DNA from: Candidatus Heimdallarchaeota archaeon
GTDB taxonomy: Archaea > Asgardarchaeota > Heimdallarchaeia > Hodarchaeales > Hodarchaeaceae
Length of the DNA: 64,000 bases
Direction: 5' to 3'
NCBI GenBank assembly: GCA_019057635.1
Contig: DXJL01000056.1
Location: 1 to 64,000 of the forward strand
Of this stretch, positions 38,863-49,529 are shown one piece after another (the first letter of the stretch is position 1; each line of letters begins with the position of its first letter). Both the position numbers and the translations under genes were made by a program. The notes under the pieces are model-generated. The model saw only the letters and a program-made list of their open reading frames with translations. It searched no databases and was not told where the DNA came from.

Positions 38863-39045
38863 ATGGCAGGTAGTCACGGAAGCCTTACAAAAGCTGGAAA
38901 AGTTCGAAATCAGACCCCTAAAGTTGAAGGGCGCAAAAGAAAAGGACTAACACCCATCTTACGCAATAAAAAGAATTATATAAAGAGAATCGTAAGAGAT
39001 ATGCCAGTTGGTCAACCAGAATTTCGTCAAGAAAGACGAAGATAA
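38863..39045 (+). CDS. rps30e: 30S ribosomal protein eS30
   Basis: SHGSLTKAGKVRNQTPKV. Confidence 0.97.
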   Translation: MAGSHGSLTKAGKVRNQTPKVEGRKRKGLTPILRNKKNYIKRIVRDMPVGQPEFRQERRR

Positions 39046-39122
39046 TTTTGTTTGCTCTATTCTCTATATTCTTGTTTTCAAATTAGCTTTACTTGAAGTA
39101 AGGCCGTTTGTTCAAAACCTTT

Positions 39123-39632
39123 TTACAAAATTTCCTTTACAACTCCATATTTTCCCCGCGAATAAGTAATCATTCCAGGATACCCTTCGGTCTTCCATTT
39201 ATCATCAATGTGTAGAGCAACGATCCTTGCAAGAAATAAATCATGCGTTCCCAGAGTAATAATTTGCTCTACCTCACATTCCATATTAACAGGACACTCT
39301 TTGATGGAAGGAACGCTTACTTTACTGCTCTTCTCTCTTGATAAATTACACTCTTTCCATTTATCGATATCTTTTCCTGACTTAGTTCCACATATTTTTA
39401 CTTGAGCTAGCAAAGCTTCTGTAGGAAAGTTAATTACAAATTCTTCTGACTCTTTAATTAAAGTATACGAATACCGTTCAGGTCTTACTCCTATTGAGAC
39501 TATTGGGGGATTTGAACAACACGTACCTGCCCATGAGAGCGTAATTATCGATTCTTTTGTGTTTTGTTTCGCTGATACTAAGATAACTGGGTTGGGATAA
39601 AAAAATGTATTGATAATTTCCTCATTTTTCAT
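39123..39632 (-). CDS. Flavin reductase family protein
   Basis: YPNPVILVS, CSNPP, EFVINFP, CGTKSGKDIDK, LGTHDLF. Confidence 0.92.
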   Translation of the reverse strand: MKNEEIINTFFYPNPVILVSAKQNTKESIITLSWAGTCCSNPPIVSIGVRPERYSYTLIKESEEFVINFPTEALLAQVKICGTKSGKDIDKWKECNLSREKSSKVSVPSIKECPVNMECEVEQIITLGTHDLFLARIVALHIDDKWKTEGYPGMITYSRGKYGVVKEIL

Positions 39633-39784
39633 GCGTTAAACTCTTCCTTAATATCGTCATGTGGAATAAACGAAAATTTGACGAGCTATGGAGGCAAATA
39701 TATCAGGATAAAAAATTATGGTTTATTAACCACCCCTATTACAATCTAGGAGTAATTAGTGTTAAAATTCGATTCATTTCTGAA

Positions 39785-40027
39785 TCATTTTTTAATATGA
39801 TTACCACATCGTTCGCAAAAACGAGATTCGGGAGAGAGTTGAGCTCCACATTGAGTGCAAAATCGAAATTGAGGTAATTTTTTCTTTGTATTACTCGGTG
39901 GGCCCTTATTTTCATCATAATCTGCCCAAACTGACTTATGAGGATCTAATCCCTTCTCTTCTGCAAATTTAAACCATACAGACTTTTGTGTTCGCTTTTT
40001 TTTCAAGTCAGCACCTCTAATTACCAC
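39785..40027 (-). CDS. Small zinc-ribbon protein
   Basis: FCTQCGAQLSPESRFCERCG. Confidence 0.75.
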   Translation of the reverse strand: MVIRGADLKKKRTQKSVWFKFAEEKGLDPHKSVWADYDENKGPPSNTKKKLPQFRFCTQCGAQLSPESRFCERCGNHIKK

Positions 40028-40281
40028 TGATTATGTTGCCACCTTTCGTTGTTTTTCATGTATGAAATGCCTCAAGAACTAAAAAAGCCTTACCATTACG
40101 GAATTCAAAGATCTATTTCTAGGAGTGAAAGAGGAGCTAGTTGCATCCGAGTTTAGCTATTTGTCTTTCCTTTGATCTCATTTTCTCAAGAATTTAATGC
40201 CTTATTTCGACTTAAATTCAATGGACGTATAAAAGAACAACCCAAGAATCACAATGGGAATGGTAGAATGACAAAAAGAGG

Positions 40282-40379
40282 TGGTAGCGGCTGGAGGATT
40301 TGAACCATCCGATCTCGGGGTTTCGCAAGAATTCCTTCTTTATGAGCCCCGCGGGATAACCTAGCTACCCTAAGCCGCT
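40282..40379 (-). tRNA. tRNA-iMet(CAT) with 19-nt canonical intron and encoded CCA
   Basis: A1-U72 (AGCGGCT/AGCCGCT), CGGGG/CCCCG anticodon stem, CT-CAT-A loop, intron at 40322..40340. Confidence 0.93.
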
Positions 40380-40499
40380 AGCCAAATCAAACAAGGAAAC
40401 TTTCCCTTTTCCGAAGCTAAGATTACTAGTTTCGTAAGGTGCTTATTCCGAGTGTTTCCAAGCAATATGAGTCTACTAGCAGTTTTCATTTAACCTTTT

Positions 40500-41180
40500 C
40501 TAACGACGATCTGTCCGTTTTCCCTCAAAATACTGGTATGTGAGGGAGGCCTCCTTTGGTTTATTCTCATGGTTTCTATTCATCGCAGTCAAATCTTTAA
40601 AGTACTCATCTAATGCTAGCATTTTTGTACTTGGTTTCTTACTTGTAGTGGTGATTAACGAACGGTATTTCTGTAACTTTATGATTTCTCTAGTTACGAA
40701 TCTACACCTCGTTAGTCAATTGGATCCAGATTTAATATTACCTATTCTTTTTATGGTTGAATTCAATGATTTGTGTAACTCTTGTATTTTTAGACGAAGA
40801 ACTGAGATTAATATTTTCCTCTCATCGTCAGATTTAGCCTGATCAATGATATGATCCAGTAGCATTGGTTCGCTTGCTATGGCAAATATGATTAATGGTT
40901 CATCAAATCCTGTAGGTCTACCCATCATTGGTATGAATAATTCATTACTATTAACGAGATCCTTCATGTCTAACCTATCGATTTCCGCATTAGTAAATAG
41001 TCCTTGAAATATATTTCTCGGAAATTTCCCTTGCTTACGAAAAGGAAAATCTGAGTTATTAGAGCGTTTTTTATTTTCATCATGTATAAAATCTCTACAA
41101 AATGGTATGACAAATGATGAGACTTCTAAGATAATTGATACTAAAAATTGACCATAAATCCTTCCAGAAGGATTGATTAA
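40500..41180 (-). pseudogene. Possible degraded ORF with one in-frame TGA
   Basis: Frame open from about 41180 to TGA at 40716, then 71 more sense codons to TAG at 40500. No recognisable family. Confidence 0.4.
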
Positions 41181-41271
41181 TCAAAATTATTATAAAATAT
41201 TACATTTAGTTCCAAAATTATCACCACAATTTAGAGTGTTTATCAAATAATTAATAATTCACCTCCTTTCT

Positions 41272-42345
41272 TTGAGAGATAAGACTAGGTACTGTATTTT
41301 GAAGCGTGGTAAGCTGATGTTTGAGTTAAAGTTTGATGAAGAAAAGTGTTTAGCATGTCCTACCTTTGACTGTCTTGTTAAATGCCTGTATATGGACATT
41401 GATAGAGACATCGCAAAAACAGAAATGAAAAAAATAATTTCTGGTGAAGATTCATTTGTCTTACACCAGTGCACAACATGCTACTCATGTGAAGAGTACT
41501 GTGAACGAGGAAACCATCCGTTCTATTTAATTACTGATCTTCAGGAAAAAAAAGGAATCCTTCCAATGCCTAAACCTTTGAAGACCCAATTCATTAACAT
41601 ACCAGTACCAACAAGAAGAGATATCCCACAATTTTGGGCTGCTGAAGAACCGGTAATCTCTCTATGCATTTTCCCAGAGTATATAAATGTAATAAATGAA
41701 TCGAAGCTTTTCGAAGAACTCTCAATTATCATAGGAAGATACTTCTTCTGCCAGCTCATGTATCTCCATTCTGGCAATCCCTCCCTGATTCGAGAAAGGC
41801 TGCCTGGAATAATAGAAAACATTGCGAAACATAATTTTAAAGAAGTTATTTTCTTCCACGATGAATGCTATTCAACTTTTACTTCCTATACCGATGCATA
41901 TGGTATCAAGGTTCCCTTCAAACCCATTCACTTCTTTACTTATCTCTATAATAAATTAAAAGAGCGTAAAGAAGAGATAAAACCACTGAATAAAAAAGTT
42001 GCATACCAACGTAACTGCTCTGCTCGTCTTACTCCAGATAGAGAACATCTCATAGATGATATCTTTGAATTAATAGGAGTAGAAAGAGTAGAAAGAAAGT
42101 TCGATCGAAAAAATGCCTTGTGTTGCGGCGGTGTCATTCGTGGCCAACAAAAATACGATCTATTTAGGGATGTACAAAAGAAAAATGTTGAGGATATGGT
42201 AGATGTGGGAGCTGAATACTGTGTGTTCAATTGTCCCGCCTGTTTCGATTCTCTCTCAGAGAATGTTTCTAAAAAGGATATCAAACCCATAATGATGCAT
42301 GACCTTTGTCTACTCGCTCTTGGTGAGAAAACTGCAAGAAAGTGA
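41272..42345 (+). CDS. Fe-S/CCG-domain oxidoreductase subunit
   Basis: CLACPTFDCLVKC, CTTCYSCEEYC, ALCCGG, FNCPAC. Likely ATG at 41317. Confidence 0.88.
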   Translation: MRDKTRYCILKRGKLMFELKFDEEKCLACPTFDCLVKCLYMDIDRDIAKTEMKKIISGEDSFVLHQCTTCYSCEEYCERGNHPFYLITDLQEKKGILPMPKPLKTQFINIPVPTRRDIPQFWAAEEPVISLCIFPEYINVINESKLFEELSIIIGRYFFCQLMYLHSGNPSLIRERLPGIIENIAKHNFKEVIFFHDECYSTFTSYTDAYGIKVPFKPIHFFTYLYNKLKERKEEIKPLNKKVAYQRNCSARLTPDREHLIDDIFELIGVERVERKFDRKNALCCGGVIRGQQKYDLFRDVQKKNVEDMVDVGAEYCVFNCPACFDSLSENVSKKDIKPIMMHDLCLLALGEKTARK

Positions 42346-43730
42346 TTGAAATGAATACTATATACAAGTCCTTGGTTGAAATAGTGGATGAGGAGTACGT
42401 TTCTAATAGGAAAGAAGATCTCTATATCTATTCCCAAGATCCTGGAATGATGGAACCACATGAACCAGAGTACGTGGTGATGCCAAGAACGACAGAGGAG
42501 GTAGAAAAAATAGCTAAACTAGCCAATGATAAGAAAATACCTATAGTACCAGTGGGAGGATCATTGAGCTTATCAGGTTTAGTTATCCCTCATCATGGTG
42601 GTATTGTGGTGGATTTAAAAAGAATGGATCAGGTGTTGGAGGTTAATGAAAAGAGTCGATATGTTATTATTGAAGCAGGTGTCACAACAGGTAAGTTAAA
42701 AGCGTACTTGGAAAAAAATCATCCAGACCTGAGATTTTCAATACCAGATGCTCCTCCCTCTGCGACAGTTGTAGGAAATATAGTTATTCATGGTCAGGGG
42801 CGTTTGACTCAGCAATATGGCTTCAATTCTGACATGGTTACTGGATTAGAAGTTGTATTACCAACTGGAGAAGTCTGTAAAATTGGGTCGGGTTCAGTCA
42901 GTCCCTACTGGTTTTCCCTAGCTCCTTTACCTGATTTAGCTGGACTCTTTTTAGGTTGGTTTGGCACAACAGGTATCATAACAAAATTGGGGTTGAAGCT
43001 TTATCCAAAGAAGAAGATACGAGATATTGAGGTGTTCGTCGTGGAAGACCCGAATCTTGTTCCAGATGTAATAAATCGAGTCACTCATACAGAGATGGCA
43101 GAAGATATTTTCATTGGTGCCCAACCGTACCCACCTGTGTTTAAAGACATTATAATGATTGGAATGCTATTGACTGGTGACTCTGAGGATGAAATCGAAT
43201 TCAAGAGAAAAATGATTTGGGATGCTCTCCGTATACATATAGATAGTAAAGAGGGAGGGTTTATGATGATGACACCTAGTATCAAGCAAGATCTTTTAGA
43301 GATGCCAACAAGCAGTACCACCAGATTTGCTGATGTGATGAAGGGAGGAGGATTCGAATATTGTGGCCCCATTATTCCAGTTGAAAAATTCCCAGAGGCT
43401 TTTCAGAAGTTACTTGAAATTACCACTAAATACGGGATCACATATGGCAACGCATGTAGGATTATTGGAAGAAGTCACTGTATGATGTTTTCTTTTGGTT
43501 ACCCATTCAACCGTGCTGACCCTGAAAATGTCGAAAGAACGAAGAGTGCTTTACATGACACAAATGTGGCTAGCTTGGATATTGGTGGAGTTCCTTGGAA
43601 GCCTGAAGTTCCTGCTCAGAAAATGATCATGGAGAAAATGGATAAGAACACACTTGAACTAATGAATCGTATAAAGAAAGTCCTGGATCCTAATGGGATA
43701 ATGAATCCAGGAAATTGGGAGGTAGAATGA
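42342..43730 (+). CDS. FAD-binding oxidoreductase (GlcD/D-lactate dehydrogenase-like)
   Basis: PVGGSLSLSG, IEAGVT, GLEVVLPTGEV, GTTGIITK, LDPNGIMNPG. Confidence 0.92.
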   Translation: MIEMNTIYKSLVEIVDEEYVSNRKEDLYIYSQDPGMMEPHEPEYVVMPRTTEEVEKIAKLANDKKIPIVPVGGSLSLSGLVIPHHGGIVVDLKRMDQVLEVNEKSRYVIIEAGVTTGKLKAYLEKNHPDLRFSIPDAPPSATVVGNIVIHGQGRLTQQYGFNSDMVTGLEVVLPTGEVCKIGSGSVSPYWFSLAPLPDLAGLFLGWFGTTGIITKLGLKLYPKKKIRDIEVFVVEDPNLVPDVINRVTHTEMAEDIFIGAQPYPPVFKDIIMIGMLLTGDSEDEIEFKRKMIWDALRIHIDSKEGGFMMMTPSIKQDLLEMPTSSTTRFADVMKGGGFEYCGPIIPVEKFPEAFQKLLEITTKYGITYGNACRIIGRSHCMMFSFGYPFNRADPENVERTKSALHDTNVASLDIGGVPWKPEVPAQKMIMEKMDKNTLELMNRIKKVLDPNGIMNPGNWEVE

Positions 43731-44887
43731 TGTTCGAATACGCGGACCAAATCCACAGGTGTTTCAGATGTGGCTTTTGTAAGTTTCCGAGCGATTTTAC
43801 GGATTTGAATTGCCCATCTTACAATAGATTTCGATTTGAATCTTTTTCCACGGGTGGAAGATTGTGGCTTATATGGGCGTGGTTAAAGGGAGAAATTGAG
43901 TGGTCAAATCATTTAGCGAAAGTTGTATTCTCATGTACCACATGTAAAAATTGTGTTGAACAATGTCCTATGAAATTTAGTGAAGATATCATTGACTGGA
44001 TTGTTGGAACAAGGATGGATATGGTAGAGAAAAGTTTAGTTCCAACACAAATCAGTGAATTCTTGGATAACATCTACAAATACGGAAATCCTTGGGGATT
44101 ACCAAGAAATGAAAGAGATTCTTGGGCTGAAGGAATAAATCGTTACACCTCTGGTGATGAATATCTTTTTTATGTGGGGTGTGCTGGATCGTATGAGACA
44201 CAAGGCCAGAGGATGGCTAAAGCTTTTGCTGATTTTCTAAAAAGTACAGGAAAATCTTTTGGAATTCTTGGTTCCGAAGAAGATTGTGATGGGAATGAAG
44301 TATTTTATGTTGGAGAAAAGGGTTTGTTCCAAGAATTAGTAAAAAAGAATATTGATAAATTCAATGAACTAGACGTGAAGAAAATCGTCACCCTTTCCCC
44401 ACATGCATACAATTCCATGAAAAACAAGTATTTAGGACTTGGAGAGATCGAAGTAGTTCATTACACGCAGCTTCTATTAGAAATGATTCAGAAGGGAGAG
44501 ATACAATTGAAAGAGCTCAATGCAAAGGTAACTTATCATGATCCCTGTTTCTTGGGGAGGTACAACGAAATATATGACATACCAAGAGAGATTCTAAAGA
44601 ATATCCCAGGAATAGAGCTCATTGAAATGGAGAGAAATAGACAAAACTCTTTCTGCTGTGGTGGTGGAAGTGGTAATTTTGTCTTTGATCTACTAGGACG
44701 ATCTGAAGATAGCCCTAGCAGAATTAGAGTTAGAGAAGCTCATGGGACTGGTGCTGAAATTTTGATTATAACATGTCCAAGCTGTTATTGTATGTTAGAT
44801 GAAGCGATAAAAACTGAAAAATTAGAGGGAATTCTGACCTTAAAAGACATCTCAGAGTTGGTAAAAGAATCATTAGAAAAGATTTGA
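43715..44887 (+). CDS. Fe-S/CCG-domain oxidoreductase subunit (GlcF/HdrD-like)
   Basis: CFRCGFC, CTTCKNCVEQCP, YHDPCFLGR, FCCGGG, TCPSC. Likely ATG at 43727. Confidence 0.92.
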   Translation: MGGRMMFEYADQIHRCFRCGFCKFPSDFTDLNCPSYNRFRFESFSTGGRLWLIWAWLKGEIEWSNHLAKVVFSCTTCKNCVEQCPMKFSEDIIDWIVGTRMDMVEKSLVPTQISEFLDNIYKYGNPWGLPRNERDSWAEGINRYTSGDEYLFYVGCAGSYETQGQRMAKAFADFLKSTGKSFGILGSEEDCDGNEVFYVGEKGLFQELVKKNIDKFNELDVKKIVTLSPHAYNSMKNKYLGLGEIEVVHYTQLLLEMIQKGEIQLKELNAKVTYHDPCFLGRYNEIYDIPREILKNIPGIELIEMERNRQNSFCCGGGSGNFVFDLLGRSEDSPSRIRVREAHGTGAEILIITCPSCYCMLDEAIKTEKLEGILTLKDISELVKESLEKI

Positions 44888-45406
44888 ATGAATATTTGAA
44901 AATATAGTAAAAAAAATTTCTTGCAGGTTCCGCTTCTCAACCATCCTTCTAATTAAATGTCTAGTATATACCACGATATATACTTCTCTAGTCTGATTGT
45001 GCGATTGTCGAAGCTTTTCAAGAGTAGATTGTCGTATATCCAACGTATGCCCTCTCTAAATCTTTATATTTTATTTATATACTCTGACGGTTGCATATCC
45101 TTAGTTAAACAACTTCCCTCAATCTCGGTTCTCCCCCTGTTTTGACTAGCTTAACGAGTAGAATGAACAGCTCAATCTGTCACTAGCTTTCGTATTTTAG
45201 AGATTATAAAAAAAAATCATTTTCCCCGTTGTTGATTTAACCGCAGTAGTAGCTAGTTTGGAGTTATTCATATCCAAATATTCTCTTGATTGGGTAGTAA
45301 ATCCACTTCGGCTCACTTCGTGCTAAGTAGAAATATTTAGTTAATAAATTGTCTGATATTGGAACAAGCTGAATTTATGAGAACGATTTGTGTTTCCTAG
45401 AAAATT

Positions 45407-45775
45407 CTATTCAAAGAAAAATCCTTTGAATTCAGTTTCTTGCTGTAACAGCTCTATCACTTGGAGACCTAAAGGCGTTAATTGCCAACCTTTCTCTCCA
45501 CGTTCGACTAAACCAATATCTAAAAGAGAACGACTGTACTTCCCTGTTCGAATATGACTTCTGATCGTGTCTAATCCAACCCCAATAATTTTGCTTAATC
45601 TCTTATAACCCACTGAATCACGATAGAGCTCAATTAGTATTCTCTTCTTCGTCCGACCTAATCGCTCCATAAATTCTTTTGGGTCTTGACTTATTTGAGA
45701 AGAATTGTCTTGTAAAAGCTCTTCAGAAGAATTTGGATTAAGTAAATCGTCCCTAGGTTCTTCTTTTTCCGCCAT
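45407..45775 (-). CDS. Winged-helix DNA-binding protein
   Basis: ILIEL...YKRLSKIIGVGLDTIRSHI...LLDIGLVE..GWQLTPLG. Confidence 0.75.
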   Translation of the reverse strand: MAEKEEPRDDLLNPNSSEELLQDNSSQISQDPKEFMERLGRTKKRILIELYRDSVGYKRLSKIIGVGLDTIRSHIRTGKYSRSLLDIGLVERGEKGWQLTPLGLQVIELLQQETEFKGFFFE

Positions 45776-45818
45776 AATTAATTCCCAAAGATGCTTGTAG
45801 GTAACCTAATAGCTGATA

Positions 45819-46121
45819 TTAGGCTCTTTGAAGTTCTGATCTTCTTGCTCTGGGTCGGCTACGAATCCATTTTTTCCCGCACTCGCCACATGTAATTCGG
45901 ATGTCGACTTTTTTAGTCGTTTTTGATGTCATATTTCGTGAAGCAATGGGTCGTCTTGAATAACGACCATGATTTCCAATTCGTGAAGTCCATCGAGCCA
46001 TTCTTCGGCTACCTTGCCCCATTCCACCACCTCGTTGTTTTGCTTTTTCAAGTTTCACTGATTGCACTGTATGTTTGTTGCAGTGTGGACAGAATGTTCG
46101 CATTTTTGCGGGAATTTTCAC
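45819..46121 (-). CDS. rpl44e: 50S ribosomal protein eL42 (L44e)
   Basis: MKIPAKMRTFCPHCNKHT...KTTKKVDIRITCGECGK. Confidence 0.95.
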   Translation of the reverse strand: MKIPAKMRTFCPHCNKHTVQSVKLEKAKQRGGGMGQGSRRMARWTSRIGNHGRYSRRPIASRNMTSKTTKKVDIRITCGECGKKWIRSRPRARRSELQRA

Positions 46122-46310
46122 CTTATCTAGCTCCAGTCCGATTACCGAAATAACCTTTCTTTGATTGTAAGAAGGTAATTAGTAAATCAATTTTTCCCCA
46201 ATGTTAAAAACTTCCTGCTTTTCTGACGATCATTCTTTGGATACTCTTTATTCTCCAACTTCTGCGATAGTCCTAAAAAGTCGATTTTGACCAACTGATT
46301 TTGAAGTAAC

Positions 46311-47444
46311 TTGCCATTAGATAGAAAGTACAAATCAGTAATTGAATCTGGTATTTTGTTAGGATCCGCTATCTTACTTGCGATATTTATAGCTCTATCA
46401 TTAGCAAATTATCTTGGTAACTCTTCAATGCCAAATGTTGCAGTATCTACCACCAGTATGATGCCAATTTACCGTGGTTTTCAAGACGGAACAGAAAGAG
46501 TCGGTACTCTTTATCCTTTTCGTGGTGATATATTGTTGGTTAGAAAAGTACCAGCAGATACATTAGAGGTTGGTGATGTTATTGTTTTTGATACACCAGC
46601 AGTTTCTGATCCAGTTGTCCATCGCATTGTAGCTAGGTGGCAAGACGAATCGAATACCCTTTTTTTCAAAACGAATGGTGATAACAACCTACCTCCTGAT
46701 AATTGGATCGTTGAAGAAAGCGACGTCATTGGGGTGGTCGTAATTCGTATTCCTCATATTGGTTGGTTTTTGTTAGTAATGCAAACGAATTTGGGAAAAA
46801 TGTTGATTCTAACCCTTGCAGTGTTGGTTCTTTTCGGAGAAGAAATTTTCAGTTATATAGGGTTAATTAAAACCGATAAAGAGGAGGAAGAGAATGAGAA
46901 TGGCACAAAAAACCAAGATGTTGAAAAATTATCAACCAAGACACAATCCAATTCATTCAAGACAATTATTAGAAAGAAAGGAACCGTTTATATCATTATA
47001 GGAATAGCTATACTTATCTTATTCACCTCTAGTAATCTCATAGCTAGTGTATCCCATTCACCTTCTATTGATTGTTTTGCACTCAATGACGCATCAGGTA
47101 ATCAAAGCTTATTAAAATCCTCAAAATATTCACTGAGAACACTTATTTCACGGTATAAATTAGTAGATACAGTATCTGAAACTAGTTACTTCTACCCCAT
47201 TATGATCAAACTTAAATCTGGGGGAATTCTCAATAATATCGATTATTTTGAAATTCGTGTCAATCAGAGTGAAGGATTATATCGGTGGACCATTGTAAAT
47301 AATTATATTGGTGTACATACAATAAGAGGGGGAATAATATCTCAAATAAACGGAACAGTTGAAATTTCGATTTATCTATATACAAGAGGTCTATTTGCAT
47401 CTTCACCTCTAATTTATACTTTTCAGATTTTTCTTCAGGGTTAA
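46311..47444 (+). CDS. Signal peptidase I (Sec11/SipW type) with C-terminal extension
   Basis: VSTTSMMP (Ser), RGD, VGDVIVF, VVHRI (His), TNGDNN..D, IPHIGW. Confidence 0.88.
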   Translation: MPLDRKYKSVIESGILLGSAILLAIFIALSLANYLGNSSMPNVAVSTTSMMPIYRGFQDGTERVGTLYPFRGDILLVRKVPADTLEVGDVIVFDTPAVSDPVVHRIVARWQDESNTLFFKTNGDNNLPPDNWIVEESDVIGVVVIRIPHIGWFLLVMQTNLGKMLILTLAVLVLFGEEIFSYIGLIKTDKEEEENENGTKNQDVEKLSTKTQSNSFKTIIRKKGTVYIIIGIAILILFTSSNLIASVSHSPSIDCFALNDASGNQSLLKSSKYSLRTLISRYKLVDTVSETSYFYPIMIKLKSGGILNNIDYFEIRVNQSEGLYRWTIVNNYIGVHTIRGGIISQINGTVEISIYLYTRGLFASSPLIYTFQIFLQG

Positions 47445-48212
47445 GTGATATTTTATATGGTAAATATGTGTTATTTAGTCGGTACGGCGGGTTCAGGTAA
47501 AACAATGCTGATTTCATCTCTTCAACAATATTTAAAACAAAAAGGAGCAAGTCTAACCATCGTTAACCTTGACCCAGCAGTTCGACATATCCCCTATCAG
47601 GCTGATATTGATATAAGAGATTATATTGACTTTGATCAGCTTGTAGACGAATATAAACTTGGACCGAATGGTGCACTAATTGCTGCGACTGATCTTGTGG
47701 CTGATTACATAAATGATATTAAGGAAAATGTCGAAGAGTTAGGAGAAAGTTCTGATATTGTATTAGTAGATACACCTGGTCAAGTGGAGCTTTTTGCTTA
47801 CCGAAACGCAAGTATAAAAATCACAAGAAGCTTCCCTATAGATTCAAGTTTACTTACCTTTTTATTTGATTCTGCCTTGGTGTCTAATATTTCAGGTTAT
47901 TTATCTGTAAACCTTTTAGCGACTTCTGTACAGATTCGTTTGAATATACCGATAATTCATGTAATGTCGAAAACGGATTTACTCAAACCTCATCAAGTTG
48001 ATGAAATTTTAGATTGGCGAGAAAATCCCTACGATGCAATTGATCAACTGTATGGCATGAATCGCGAATTTGCTTTAAAAACGGGTCAAATATTTGAAAA
48101 TATGGGAGATATTCCGCTTATTCCAGTCAGTTCATTATCTGGAGAGGGGCTCGATCTTCTTAGTGCTCAATTAAGTCGTACTTTTTCCGCAGGGGAAGAT
48201 TGGTCAATATAA
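47445..48212 (+). CDS. GPN-loop GTPase
   Basis: GTAGSGKT, NLDPA, LGPNGAL, DTPGQVELF. Confidence 0.95.
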   Translation: MIFYMVNMCYLVGTAGSGKTMLISSLQQYLKQKGASLTIVNLDPAVRHIPYQADIDIRDYIDFDQLVDEYKLGPNGALIAATDLVADYINDIKENVEELGESSDIVLVDTPGQVELFAYRNASIKITRSFPIDSSLLTFLFDSALVSNISGYLSVNLLATSVQIRLNIPIIHVMSKTDLLKPHQVDEILDWRENPYDAIDQLYGMNREFALKTGQIFENMGDIPLIPVSSLSGEGLDLLSAQLSRTFSAGEDWSI

Positions 48213-48223
48213 TTTTACTCAAT

Positions 48224-48628
48224 TTAAAATCGGGGACCAGGTAACATCCATATTAGCGATGTTAGTACGATAAATAGCAAGGTAAAAGTAAATGTCCCAG
48301 AAAAAAGTAATCGTTTTTGGTCAACTACATCTGGAGTAATTCTCAGTACAAATCTAATGACGGCCATACTTAGCCCTAAGCCAGTTATCAAGAAAAGAAA
48401 CCATGTACTGCTAGGGGAAATTTCAGGGAATAGAACAAAAAAGGTTCCAGTAACGATACCGGTAATTCCACCGAAAACTACTTTTGTATAGTACATTCTA
48501 GTATTGGGAGAAAGTTCATTAAACCTGTAGTTCGATCTTCTAGTTTCAGTAATAGTACTATCCTCATCAGGACGTCGAGTTATCTTACGTATTTTTCTCT
48601 GGCTGATATTTCGTCGTTCTCTTGACAT
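48224..48628 (-). CDS. EMC6/Rab5ip-like three-TM membrane protein
   Basis: YYTKVVFGGITGIVTG and LFSGTFTFTLLFIVLTSLIW pattern, basic N-terminus. Confidence 0.6.
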   Translation of the reverse strand: MSRERRNISQRKIRKITRRPDEDSTITETRRSNYRFNELSPNTRMYYTKVVFGGITGIVTGTFFVLFPEISPSSTWFLFLITGLGLSMAVIRFVLRITPDVVDQKRLLFSGTFTFTLLFIVLTSLIWMLPGPRF

Positions 48629-48902
48629 CTTAATTTCCTTCTACTGAAGATTCTGAAAATTACCTTTAAACGTAGAAATAACTGAGATTGTAAAATATAT
48701 ATACAATTCCAAGTTATTTTGGCTAATAATGGAAAATTAGACACTGAGTTTTATTTTTTTTGAGATCGGCCAGCTACTAAGAGTGATGAACTTCACTTGG
48801 TTTCACCACGGTATTCAAAGTTTTATACTAATATTTTGGAGATATAAAATTAAAGGATTTTGAATCCTGGACTTTTAAAATCAAGGCTACCTAGAGCGAG
48901 AG

Positions 48903-49529
48903 TTGAAGACAATTATGGAATATTCTGGAGAGTATTTGGTTAAGCTTGCGAGGAGGACTATTGAAACCTATTTAAAGAATAAAACAAAAATTAAACCCCC
49001 AAAAGATGCTCCTGGAGATCTCATGGATCAATCAGGTGTATTTGTGACTCTCCATCGTATTGATCAAGGTGATGAACCAGTTTTACGGGGATGTATTGGA
49101 AGAATTCAAAGTCCAGGGAGTACTCTCATCCAATCTACCATTGACTCTGCTATAGATGCTATTATTCACGATTATCGATTCCCTAATGTTACTTTTCCCG
49201 AATTAGATAAGATTACAGTCGAGGTTACAATATTAACAGTTCCTGAAAAAATCATAGTTGAAGATCCAAAAGAATACTTTGATATTATTAAGATTGGCCG
49301 ACATGGGTTAATTGCAGAGCGAGGTTCATTCCAACGTGGGTTATTATTACCCCAAGTACCAGTCCAACAGGGATGGGATATTCAGACGTATCTTGATCAT
49401 GTATGTCAGAAAGCTGGGTTACCATCACATGCCTGGCAAGATCTTGAAACAAATATTTCATTTTTTGAGGGATTTATCTATTCAGAACTTGCGCCAAATG
49501 GAAAAATAAAACAAAATACAGATCATTGA
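48903..49529 (+). CDS. AMMECR1-domain protein
   Basis: GVFVTL, LRGCIG, DYRF, GRHGL, GLLLPQV, CQKAGL. Confidence 0.93.
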   Translation: MKTIMEYSGEYLVKLARRTIETYLKNKTKIKPPKDAPGDLMDQSGVFVTLHRIDQGDEPVLRGCIGRIQSPGSTLIQSTIDSAIDAIIHDYRFPNVTFPELDKITVEVTILTVPEKIIVEDPKEYFDIIKIGRHGLIAERGSFQRGLLLPQVPVQQGWDIQTYLDHVCQKAGLPSHAWQDLETNISFFEGFIYSELAPNGKIKQNTDH

